Below, in pieces: positions 27,993 to 39,766 of a stretch of DNA of 64,000 bases. A program made the translations under genes and the position numbers. This DNA comes from Octopus sinensis. Taxonomy: Eukaryota. The notes below the pieces were generated by a model that did no database searches, was not told the DNA's origin, and saw only the letters and a list, made by a program, of their open reading frames with translations. The stretch lies in contig NC_043008.1 of the NCBI RefSeq assembly GCF_006345805.1, positions 44,206,001 through 44,270,000 of the forward strand. Direction: 5' to 3'. The stretch's first letter is position 1. Every line of letters begins with the position of its first letter.

Positions 27993-29030
27993 AATAATGC
28001 TTGTTTTAATTCTGTATATTCTCATATACTTCATACATTATTAACTTATTGGAGATCTTTCAATAACATGGTAATTATTACCCCATTATTACACGCGCCT
28101 ATGAAACCGGACGATATACTTTCACCGTTTAATGCTTATATTTGGATTGATCTATAAAACTTTTAGAATATCTTTGGTTAAAGAGTACTTATTTTATTCT
28201 CTGAGATTCGTTTTATATATTCCTCTATTTATTGGAAATAATCTGAGGGCCTTGAGCAAGAGAAATTCTAGCAATGAAATTTTGTATATTGCTGTCCCAT
28301 ATTGAAATATCGAGGTATCGTGCCGTACCTCTATAAGTATATGCATTTTTTTAATGTAGGTGTACACTGGCGAAATCTTATGCTAGAATTAACTGACAGG
28401 TCCTATCCGGATTATTTGTAGCAGCTTGAATACGAATCAGAATGTTATCAAACTGACCACAGCAACATGAAGTCTACTTAACTTAATGTAGAATATAACA
28501 GGAAGAAGAACTGCCCCAAAAGTAAACAGAAAGAAAGAAAATAACATGTACAGGGAAAGGAAGCTCTCGGAATTACTTTAGAATAATATAAGTTCCTGGT
28601 AAATAATGAAATCAGCGCTGAAACGCAGCATATAACCCCAAAACATAGCATTCAAGTCAAACTTAAAAGCCTCACGGTTTTCACAACATGCAAAAGAGCA
28701 AGGCAATCGATATTTCTCGCAAATTTACACCCAATTGATAAAAAATGAATAGGGTTTGCATATAGTGAAGAAAATAATCTCAGATATATAAAACACTGAT
28801 TGTCACAAACCAAAAAATGCTTTCCACTTTGTGTCGTGAGCTTGCCAGCGAGATCGCTCTGTGAGGTTAAACGAGTGCAAACTTTACGCTACCGCACCAA
28901 CAAGACGTATAACTAGCGTATGGGTAAAAAAGAATAGCATCCTTGTATATATAAATACATATGTACATATGTACATACACAGGTATACACACATCCACAC
29001 ACACACACACACACGCATATATATGTATAT

Positions 29031-29061
<31 letters not shown>

Positions 29062-29689
29062 ATATCTATTATAAGACTAAGAAGATTATGAAACAGCTGT
29101 AAACGAATGGAACGCGAATTTACTACCAAACCTCACCTGATAACCTCACCTAAATTTCACACACACACACATGTTCTTTCATCTTTTAGAACAGGGCCAG
29201 TAATTTTGAGGAGCTCCTAAGTTTGGTTACGTCGATTTTATTCTATTGATTCCAGAAAGGATGAAAGTCAAAGTACCTTCAGTATTCATATTTGACATGA
29301 AACGAATATTGAAAGAGTTAAACAATTCTATCTTCTTAATGCTACAATAAATAATCCTCTCTACTATAGACAGAAGCCATGAAATTTGGTGGGAGGGCCT
29401 AGCCATCAACACCTGTAATCATCTTGTATTTATCTCATCGATCCGAAGTGATAAAATTCAAAGTTAACCTCGGTGGAATTTGAACTCAGAACGTAAAGAC
29501 GGACGAAGTGTCGCTAAGCATGTTGTTCAGCGCACTAAGTCATCTGTTATCTTGTTGCTTTTAATCGTTTCTGATTTATGTTAAAGACAGCGATTTCTTG
29601 AGGGAAAGAATTAAACCATACCATAAATTCCGTTACATGGTTCTGCACGATTTGAACTCAGAAGGCAAACAGCCGGAACAAATATAACA

Positions 29690-30025
29690 AGATACTTATT
29701 TCGATGATAGAAAGATTCTATCAACTCGCTTCTTTGTTTCTTCTCGAGCCCTGACTCATAAGGGTCGGTTTCCTGGTTTCCTTGGTGTATTGGCTCCCCA
29801 CCTGGACGGGAAGCCGGTCCGTCGCAAGTGAGCTGCAAGATGCAGGAAAGAGTGAGAGAAATTTGTGGCGAAAGAGTCAGCAGAAGTTCGCCATTACCTT
29901 CTGCCGGAGTCACGTGGAGCTTAGGTGTTTCGCTCATAAACACACACATCACCCGGTCAGAGGTTCGAACCCGCGATCCCTCGACTGCAAGATCTGTAGC
30001 TCTAACCATTAGGCCATGTACCTCT
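29690..30025 (-). mobile_element. SINE family C variant
   Basis: Minus head TGGCCTAATGGTTAGAGC..GGGTTCGAACC; body collinear with 9900-10085. Confidence 0.75.
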
Positions 30026-30526
30026 ACTATCAACCCTCTACAACTATAATAAGTTATAAATAATTAAATAATATATATAAAAAATAAATAAATAAAACGA
30101 TTGAATATGTATATCGGAAATACAAAATAAAAATTATATATATATACAATGCAATAATTTTAAACGAGGCAACTCTAAGTCCACCCGCGAGGGATGTTGA
30201 AAACTTTGAACAGAAAATTGCGATTTGTAACGATAATAATTTTTGGAATATAATACTTTCGCTAACAAAAGAAAGACATTGTACTTTGACGAGGCTGTCC
30301 GAGATTCTAACTGCGCAACCGCACGACACAATGCAACGCAAAATTTACCTGCCAGGCATTTTGGAACTGCTCAAGAGAAAATTCAGAAAGGTATTTGATA
30401 AGAGTTTTTTAGAATTTCTTGGTTCTAGTCAATTTTTTAAAATTCTGTATTCATCATCATCATCATCATCATCACCACCAACACCACCAACACCACCACC
30501 ACCACCATCATCATCATCTTCATTAC

Positions 30527-30583
<57 letters not shown>

Positions 30584-31323
30584 TTTTTATTTTATACAAA
30601 ATGTGTAAATTCTTTTGCTTAAATTTGGCCAATATTTTTGGAATCGATAAAACGTGCACATCAGAATCGCATTTTGTGAAATTATATCTTTGAGGAAGAT
30701 TTTAAAGATTTCGCACCTATCTACACGCACACACTCACGCACACACGCACTCATACACACACCGACAAACAACAGACACCTAAGTATACTCATATACACA
30801 AACACATATATGTACATAGAGGTTGAATGGCACTGAGATTAAGCACTAGATTTAAGTGAGTGTGTGTATGTATGTTTATATCTACGTGCTCCTAATTCTG
30901 TGTATACATTTACCTGATTCTGACGACAAAAGTTTTTCTTGTGTTCGATCTCAAGAATTACGTATAATCTTTCCATAAAATTTTTCTTTATTCGTATCGC
31001 GAAATATTCTTAGTCAAAAAAGCCATTGTGATTCTCTTCGTAACCCGATGACGACCTTATGCGATTGTGTGGATTTGTGTCAATCGAAAATGGATGACTA
31101 ACAAAAGCTTCTGAAACGAGAAATCAAACAATCAATAACTAAATTATTAACAAAAAGGAATATGGCTCTGTGGTAACAAGTTTGATTCCCAGCCACATGC
31201 TTTCGTGTTCGAGCCCACAGCAAGGCACATTGGCACATGTCTTCTTTCTAATAAAGGTCCGGGCTGACCGAAGACTAACGAGCGGGTTTTGTAGAAGAAA
31301 ACTGAAAGAAGTTCGTGTATTAC

Positions 31324-31378
<55 letters not shown>

Positions 31379-31632
31379 GAAATTATAAATTAGGGTATGT
31401 ACGTGATACTACCATGCTGAAAATAGCAGCCATGATCCGACTCTAAAACCACCTTAAGTGTTCATATAGCAACATGGAGAAAAGACAAAGAGACAAGATG
31501 GTGGTATCTCGTAGATACCCTAATTTATAATTTTAATAATTATTACCTTCGAAGGTCGTGTTTTCCATGGTGGCCACTTGAGAGGATTGTCATTTTATTT
31601 TAATTTATCGATCTTATCTTTATTTAAAGATA

Positions 31633-31693
<61 letters not shown>

Positions 31694-32123
31694 ATATATA
31701 CCTATGTGCACAATGGCCCAGTGTCTAGAGTGGCGGTTCCGATTCCCAGACCGAGCGTTGTGAATGTTTACTGGCCAAAAACCCCCAAAGCCCCACGAGG
31801 CTCTGGCAGGGAATATGTACTTGGTGAGATTTCTTCGATTAAATCTCATCCAGTCGCAACTCTTGCAAGGAGGCAGCCCAGTGATGGAAACCAGCAAAAA
31901 GAAAAAAAAAGGAAAAAGAAAAGATAACGATTATGATTGAAGAATAAAATAATAAGATTCTACAGAATCGGCAACAATAATTTCAACAATAAACTAAATT
32001 CAGAAAATTTAAAGAGAATGCAAATGATTCTTGCGTCTGTCGCTAATTAACGTTGAGCACGAATTTAATGAAGATGAGGGTGATTAAAATGATGATAGTT
32101 GATTACGTTATTAATTAGACAAA

Positions 32124-32647
32124 CTAATAAGTATCTCTGTTGGTGATTATTTTGTATTGTGAAATTTTAGCACTGTGGTGGTTAGTGATCGATATTCGAG
32201 TACTCGTTATTTTGCAGGAATGGAGATTGGTGTGCGGGTGAACAGGGGTGGCGGTGGTGATGCTTATGGAGGTGAAGATTATGATGACGATGATGATATT
32301 GGTGGTGATGGGGTGGTGGTGATGATGTTCGTGATGATGTTCATGATGACGATTGTGAAGTCGACGGTGATGCTGATGACAATGGCACTTCTGGCGGTGC
32401 TGGTGCTGGTGTACAATATGGTGATGAAGTGGTGAATTGCTAGTGGTAGTTATTATGATGATGATGATGATGATAATGGTGATAGTAATGATGCTGCTGC
32501 TACTGGTGATGATGATGATGATGATGATGATGATAATGATGACGATAGTGATGGAGATGACGATGTTGATGATGGACGTGGGGTTAGAGATGATATTGGT
32601 CATGGGGCTGATGTTGTTTGTTTGAATGATGGTAGACTTACTAGGGG

Positions 32648-32680
<33 letters not shown>
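32124..32680. repeat. Degenerate (GAT/GGT)n triplet tract
   Basis: Low-complexity GAT/GGT run; the ORFs here are poly-M/D/I/H artefacts. Confidence 0.9.
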
Positions 32681-32681
<1 letters not shown>

Positions 32682-32684
32682 ATT

Positions 32685-33057
32685 CTTTTACTCTTTTACT
32701 TGTTTCAGTCATTTGACAGTGGCCATGCTGGAGCACCGCCTACAGTCGATCGAGTAAATCGACCCCAGGACTTATTCTTTTTAAGCCTGGTACTTATTCT
32801 GTCTCTTTTGCCGAACCGCTAAGGTACGAGGACGTAAACACACCAGCATCGTTTGTCAAGCGATGTTGGGAGGACAAACATAGACACACACACACACACA
32901 CACACACAGATACATATATCTACATATCTACGTATATATATACGACGGGCTTCTTTCAGTTTCCGTCTACCAAATCCACTCACGATGCTTTGATCGGTCC
33001 GAGGCTATAGTAGAAGACACTAGCCCAAGATGCCACGCAGTGGGACTGAACCCGGAT
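32685..33057 (-). mobile_element. SINE family B
   Basis: CTCTTTTACTCTTTTAC tail and GATGCCACGCAGTGGGACTGAACCCGGA head in reverse. Confidence 0.85.
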
Positions 33058-33170
33058 GGTGACATTTTCAATGGTTCTGGCAATGGTGATAATGATTTTG
33101 GCAGTGTAGAAGATAACGAAGCCGGTTGTATTCTCATTGCTGACGATGCTACGATATAAGTAAAGATTAA

Positions 33171-33378
33171 GGCGGCGAGCTGGCATAATCGTTAGCACGC
33201 CGGGCGAAATGCTTATCGGTATTTCGTCTGCCGCTACGTTCTGAGTTCAAATTCCGCCGAGGTCGACTTTGCCTTTCATCCTTTCGGGGTCGATTAAATA
33301 AGTACCAGTTACGTACTGGGGTCGATATAATCGACTTAATCTGTTTGTCTGTCATTGTTTGTCCTCTCTGCGTTTAGC
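33171..33378 (+). mobile_element. SINE family A
   Basis: Near-consensus copy. Confidence 0.9.
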
Positions 33379-33385
33379 ATATTTC

Positions 33386-33495
33386 CCATATCACGTTGAA
33401 TGCTTCGGTTCTCGTCCGATCACCGAAGGTAAGCAACGTCGAGCCTAGTGTGTATTTAGATAGGTGACCATGGGGGAATCCTAGGGGCAGTAAGA
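33386..33495 (+). pseudogene. 5S rRNA-derived sequence (SINE head or pseudogene)
   Basis: CCATATCACGTTGAATGC..GGTTCTCGTCCGATCACCGAAG.TAAGCAACGTCGAGCC..GATAGGTGACC..GGGAAT matches animal 5S rRNA with substitutions. Confidence 0.85.
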
Positions 33496-34050
33496 ATCTC
33501 ATACTTTTGTGCCCTGATGCAGTACCAGACAGAGGCTTTCATGGCTTCACATCTTAACTGATCGGAAGTGTTATCATGTACATTGCTTTGTCTTGGTATA
33601 AAAGATGGGCTACAGCAAATATTCAGTAAAATACTACAGATTTACGTGTCTGTTGACCTGAAGCAGTTGAGCATGTCGCTTGGTGGTTGACAATATCTGC
33701 ATCTCTGATTCACGAGTAGAAGTAATAGGGAAGTATCACGCGTTGAGACGAAGTCTTTGGGGTTTGGAAACAGTGGTGTTTTGTTCGTCATTCTTTAAAC
33801 AAACTTTATTCAGGGACCTTTTGTGCGGGATGGGCTACTCGACCGGAAGAAAATTCTAACTGGGCCCCACCTGCAAGGTCATGCGCTGTTTATCTTCACA
33901 TGAGATCACCATGTCGTGCACATATGGTTGTGATGCATGTGCTTAGTGTACCCTTGACGGTTAGAGATGATGTGTACTGGGCTTCGTATATTTTACCCCA
34001 GTGTCACTTTGATGGCATGCGCTGCTCTCTCACTTAATAATTATAATAAT
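33496..34050 (+). mobile_element. SINE body and tail following the 5S head (family D)
   Basis: GCCCTGATGCAGTACCAG..GATGGGCTACAGCAAATATT..GGGCCCCACCTGCAAGG..CTCTCTCACT(AAT)n; second copy inverted at 47345-47772. Confidence 0.8.
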
Positions 34051-34311
34051 GATTGGTGTTCTGGGAGCCTCTGATAATTGGTGCATAGGAAACTGTGATC
34101 AAAGATAAAGACGAAGATATGGATGAAGAAAATTGGAATAGAATGTCCAGTAGAGCTTCTACCCATAGTTTGCCTCTTGGGAACAGGAAAGATTATCTTG
34201 AGGGCTCCAAGCATTTGAAATACAACTGAAAGCTTGTGGATACCTAAGGTTAGAGGTAGTGACCCGCTACTCACATAAATCCTACCATAGGACCGAACCT
34301 GGGTTAAATCA

Positions 34312-34315
<4 letters not shown>
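34051..34315 (+). mobile_element. R4/Dong-like LINE 3' end (restriction-like endonuclease C-terminus and 3' UTR)
   Basis: IGVLG then frameshifted WMKKIGIECPVELLPIVCLLGTGKII; flanked by AAT/GAT triplet tracts. Confidence 0.6.
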
Positions 34316-34372
<57 letters not shown>

Positions 34373-34529
34373 TAATAATAATAATAATAATAATTATGTC
34401 AGAGATTATGGTAATATTAATGAAAATAATGTCGCAATTATGACTATGAAGATGTTATTGGTTGGGGTAGTGATGAGGGAAAGAACGAAAAATTAGACTA
34501 AAAATAAATAAAGATTCAGTAATTGTAGC

Positions 34530-35669
34530 CTTGGGAGGTTCTTCTTCTTCTTCTTGTCCTTCTTCTTCTTCTTCTTCCTCTTCTTCTGCCTCTTCTTCTG
34601 CCTCTTCTTCTTCTTCCTCTTCTCCTTCTTCTTCTTTCTTTTCTTCTTTCTCTTCTCCTACTTCTTCTTTCTTTTCTTCTTTCTCTTCTTTCTATTCTTC
34701 TTCATCTTTCTCTTCTTCTTCCTCTTCTTTTTCTTCCTCTTCTTCTTTCTCTTCTTTTTCTTTCTCTTCTTTCTTTTCTTCTTTTTTCTTTCCTTTCTTC
34801 TTCATTTTCTTCTCCTACTTCTTCTTCTTCTTCTTCTTGTTCTTGTTCTTTTTTTTCTTGTTCTTGTTCTTGTTTGTTGTTGTTCTTCTTCTTCTTCTTC
34901 TTCTTCTTCTTCGTCCTCATCAATAACCACTGGCATTATTATTATATTGGTGATGAATGACACGAAGTCAAATGTCGGGGTATTATCTAAAATGTTACGC
35001 ATTCGATGACGACGACGACGACGATGACAACGATGATGGGGGCGACGGCGGTGACGTTAGTGACGACGAAGATCATGGTGGCGGTGGCGGTGGTGTTGCG
35101 GACTAAGAATATGTTTGCGGTGATGATGATGATGATGATGTTTGTGGTGCTTTGGGTATTGGTAGAGATACAATTAGCGGCGATTATGATTACAAGGTCG
35201 GAGGTGGGGATGGAGATGAAGATGACGGCAACGACGAGAAGAAGAAGAAGAAGAAGAAGAAGAATGATGATGGTGAGGATAATTAAAAGGATTATATTGG
35301 TGATTATGATGGTAACGGAGGTGGCGGTGTTGATGATGACGAAGAGGACGAGAAAGGACAAGAATAAGATGAAGATGAAGGGGGGGACCATAATTGTGGT
35401 GGTGACGAAAATAGTGACCACGACGAAGTGGTGGTGGAGGTGGTAGTGGCGGTGGAGAATAGGCTTCTGACGATGAAGACGATGATGATGATGGTGATGT
35501 TGATAGTGATGATGATGATGGTGATGGTGATGGTGAACATGATGGTTGTGGTGATGATGATGGTGATGATGGTGGTGATGATGGTAATGATGATGATGAT
35601 GGTGATGATGATGATGGTGATGATGATAATTGATGATGATGATGATGATGAAGACGATGACGATGGTGG

Positions 35670-35701
<32 letters not shown>

Positions 35702-36090
35702 TTGGTGGTGATGATAATGAGGATGATGATGATGGTGGTCGTGGTGGTGGTGGTGATGAGGATGATGATGATGATGATGACGATGACGATGGTGGTGATG
35801 ATGATGATGATGATGGAGTTGGTGGTGATGATAATGAGGATGACGATGATGATGGTGGTGGTGGTGGTGGTGATGAGGATGATGATGATGATGATGACGA
35901 TGACGATGGTGGCGATGGTGATGATGATGATGATGATGATGATTGGGATAATGAACAAATGAACATTGTGTGGTTGACAGTCTGACGATGATGATGATGC
36001 TGAGAATGACGATGATGGTGGTATTACCGCTACTACTGCTCATGACGACGACGACGGCGGCGGCGGCGGCAATGACGACGCTGTTGCCAT
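34530..36090. repeat. Large (TTC)n and (GAT/GAC/GGT)n low-complexity block
   Basis: Triplet tracts open in several frames on both strands. Confidence 0.9.
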
Positions 36091-36473
36091 CACTAATGTT
36101 AGAGTTAATGATTTTATTTAATTTTTTTTTTTTGCACGTTTTTCTTAATTTATTATTTTTTTTCTTCCGTTTGTCTTTCATGCCAATATTAGCAATGCCT
36201 CCTGTTGTCCGATTTGCATATCGACACAACGAAGACATCATTAAATCAATACTTTGTTTTTCTTCTTTGCCTACTTTTTAATGGTCTCCGTGTGAAAAAC
36301 GAAAATCCGGAGATAATCCCCCCCCCGACATTGGCATCTAATTAGGAATGCGTCGTACACTTTCTTCTAAACCCTTTCCTATGCAGACACGTTTTCCCAT
36401 TATGTTAACAAGAAGAATCTGAGGTTGGAATGTGAGAAATGCATACATAGATATGTCCCTCTTTGTGTGCGTC

Positions 36474-36548
<75 letters not shown>

Positions 36549-36955
36549 CGTGTCTGTGTGTGTGAGTGTGTATGTGTAAAATATATGTATGTGCCGGTGT
36601 ATGTATGTGTATGTATATATATATGTATATGTATCTATGTATGTATATGTATATATATATATATGTGTGTGTATATAAATGTATATATGTATATATATAT
36701 ATATGTGTGTGTGTATATATATGTATATATAAGTAGATGTATATATATGTATATATATGTATATATATGTATGTATATATATTATATATACGTATGTATG
36801 TATATATATATTAATATATATATATATATATATATACGTATGTATGTATATACATGTATGTATATATATATTTTTGTATATATATTTATATGTATATATT
36901 ATGTATGTATATACATGCATGTATATATATTTACATATATATATATACACGTATT

Positions 36956-37005
<50 letters not shown>

Positions 37006-37125
37006 ACAATTTAGGAATGGCCTGAACAGGCCATTCGTCCACCAGAAAGAGCAGCCATAACTCCAACCGCCAAGTAGTGTAATTCGGAAATAAGGTGAAA
37101 ATTTAAAAACATTTACCCTAATTCA

Positions 37126-37226
37126 TCTTTTATACGATGCATCGTTTCGGTGTCTTTAATGATAGACCAGCTTAATTAAATTAAATTAAGCTAGTCTACC
37201 ATAGGTCACACTTCATCAGTAAAAGA
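37126..37226 (-). ncRNA. Type I hammerhead ribozyme motif (element 1, inverted copy)
   Basis: Reverse complement of TCTTTTA-CTGATGA-AGTGT..ACACC-GAAA-CGATGCATCG-TA-TAAAAGA. Confidence 0.75.
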
Positions 37227-37921
37227 AACCTGGGAGAGACGGATATACACGAGGCTACTGTATCAATGCCTCGGGAATATCTGTCTTAAAATTTTCAAGA
37301 CCAACGCATTCGCGCCAAACTTATCGGCAGCAAATATAAACTGCCGATTCAATCTCAGAATTAGTCAGAAAATTATCAATTAATCAATTTAGGGTAGCAA
37401 AAAATTCAGTAAAAATTTATCGCTACCAGCGGCCTAATGGAAAAGAGAAAATAGTCAAAGACTAAATATGTATAAATATAACAATTTAGGAATGGCCTGA
37501 AAGCTGGTCTATCATTAAAGACACCGAAACGATGCATCGTATAAAAGATGAATTAGGGTAAATGTTTTTAAATTTTCACCTTATTTCCGAATTACACTAC
37601 TTGGCGGTTGGAGTTATGGCTGCTCTTTCTGGTGGACGAATGGCCTGTTCAGGCCATTCCTAAATTGTTATATTTATACATATTTAGTCTTTGACTATTT
37701 TCTCTTTTCCATTAGGCCGCTGGTAGCGATAAATTTTTGCTGAATTTTTTGCTACCCTAAATTGATTAATTGATAATTTTCTGACTAATTCTGAGATTGA
37801 ATCGGCAGTTTATATTTGCTGCCGATAAGTTTGGCGCGAATGCGTTGGTCTTGAAAATTTTAAGACAGATATTCCGAGGCATTGATACAGTAGCCTCGTG
37901 TATATCCGTCTCTCCCAGGTT

Positions 37922-38021
37922 TCTTTTACTGATGAAGTGTGACCTATGGTAGACTAGCTTAATTTAATTTAATTAAGTGGTCTATCATTAAAGACACCGA
38001 AACGATGCATCGTATAAAAGA
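37922..38021 (+). ncRNA. Type I hammerhead ribozyme motif (element 1)
   Basis: Stem I TCTTTTA/TAAAAGA, core CTGATGA and GAAA, stem II GTGT/ACAC, palindromic stem III CGATGCATCG, GUA cleavage after 38014. Confidence 0.75.
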
Positions 38022-38394
38022 TGAATTAGGGTAAATGTTTTTAAATTTTCACCTTATTTCCGAATTACACTACTTGGCGGTTGGAGTTATGGTGCTCTTT
38101 CTGGTGGACGAATGGCCTGTTCAGGCCATTCCTAAATTGTTATATTTATACATATTTAGTCTTTGACTATTTTCTCTTTTCCATTAGGCCGCTGGTAGCG
38201 ATAAATTTTTGCTGAATTTTTTGCTACCCTAAATTGATTAATTGATAATTTTCTGACTAATTCTGAGATTGAATCGGCAGTTTATATTTGCTGCCGATAA
38301 GTTTGGCGCGAATGCGTTGGTCTTGAAAATTTTAAGACAGATATTCCCGAGGCATTGATACAGTAGCCTCGTGTATATCCGTCTCTCCCAGGTT

Positions 38395-38494
38395 TCTTTT
38401 ACTGATGAAGTGTGACCTATGGTAGACTAGCTTAATTAATTTAATTAAGCTGGTCTATCATTAAAGACACCGAAACGATGCATCGTATAAAAGA
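38395..38494 (+). ncRNA. Type I hammerhead ribozyme motif (element 1)
   Basis: Same motif with an intact 18-bp stem II hairpin; predicted cleavage after 38487. Confidence 0.8.
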
Positions 38495-38755
38495 TGAATT
38501 AGGGTAAATGTTTTTAAATTTTCACCTTATTTCCGAATTACACTACTTGGCGGTTGGAGTTATGGCTGCTCTTTCTGGTGGACGAATGGCCTGTTCAGGC
38601 CATTCCTAAATTGTTATATTATACATATTAGTCTTTGACTATTTTCTCTTTTCCATTAGGCCGCTGGTAGCGATAAATTTTTACTGAATTTTTTGCTACC
38701 CTAAATTGATTAATGTATATATATATATATATATTCGTATGTATACATATATACG

Positions 38756-38796
<41 letters not shown>

Positions 38797-38830
38797 GTAT
38801 GTATACATATATACGTATGTATATATATAT

Positions 38831-38868
<38 letters not shown>

Positions 38869-39124
38869 GTATGTATACATATATACGTATATATATATAT
38901 ATATTATATATATATATAATATATATATATATATATTTATATATATACGTATGCGTATATATATATAGCGGCGTGGATTTCCACCTCGCCGTCCGAAACT
39001 CGGAGTTTATCATATCTACCGAATAATTGCCACATATTGCATTTACAGATAAATCCCTCTATTACATAATATCGAGCTCTTTTTCATTCCTTTGTCGTCT
39101 TACGATTTTTATCAATATATATAT

Positions 39125-39155
<31 letters not shown>

Positions 39156-39304
39156 TAATTTATATATAGAGGGCATTATACATCCATGCCAGATGGCATT
39201 ATACATACATGCCACACGCTAAGAGGGACATTTAGTCATTTCTACCAAAAATATTACTAATCCCACCGAATGCAATTTTTCAAAGTAAGACATTTAAAAA
39301 ATAT

Positions 39305-39352
39305 AGACCTGTATCACAGTGATTTCATACTTACGTATTCATCAGCAGGCCT
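39305..39352 (-). ncRNA. Minimal type I hammerhead ribozyme motif (element 2, inverted copy)
   Basis: Exact reverse complement of 39719-39766. Confidence 0.8.
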
Positions 39353-39718
39353 GGATGTATCATACATAAACGACCCTGCCTCGCTTAAGCCGATCAGCTA
39401 ACTGATCAACATCAACAAAGCACATGGGTGAGTTTACATATATTACATCCTGTAAATGTCGGACTTTTACGAATTGCATTTCGGGAAAGGAAAAGTTTTT
39501 TCGGAATAAAAATTTAGCAATTAAGGACAACTACTTAATAAGGAAAACTTAACAAGAAATTGTCTGATAGATAGCGTGAAAACCTCATAAGAGAAACAAT
39601 TTCGAAAATAATTATTTCCAGGATGTAATATATGTAAACTCACCCATGTGCTTCGTTGATTTTGATCAGTTAGCTGATCGGCTTAAGCGAGGCAGGGTCG
39701 TTTATGTATGATACATCC

Positions 39719-39766
39719 AGGCCTGCTGATGAATACGTAAGTATGAAATCACTGTGATACAGGTCT
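39719..39766 (+). ncRNA. Minimal type I hammerhead ribozyme motif (element 2)
   Basis: AGGCCTG-CTGATGA-ATAC(GTAA)GTAT-GAAA-TCAC(T)GTGA-TA-CAGGTCT: all conserved core bases, 7-bp stem I with one GU, GNRA-capped stem II; cleavage after 39759. Confidence 0.82.

Larger units (their letters stand above)
37003..38714. mobile_element. Hammerhead-bearing non-coding element 1: one inverted 473-bp unit plus 2.6 tandem units (PLE pseudo-LTR or retrozyme-like)
   Basis: 37003-37500 is the reverse complement of the 473-bp unit repeated in 37501-38714; equivalent positions 37541, 38014 and 38487; both ends abut (TA)n. Confidence 0.85.

Noticed and set aside
34531-36281. Long ORFs (up to 355 aa) rich in His, Ser, Ile, Asp or Met
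   Set aside because: Triplet microsatellites open in several frames on both strands; no coding context
37003-38714. CRISPR-like or satellite interpretation of the repeats
   Set aside because: Units are 473 bp without unique spacers, in a eukaryotic context; the hammerhead and inversion explain them better
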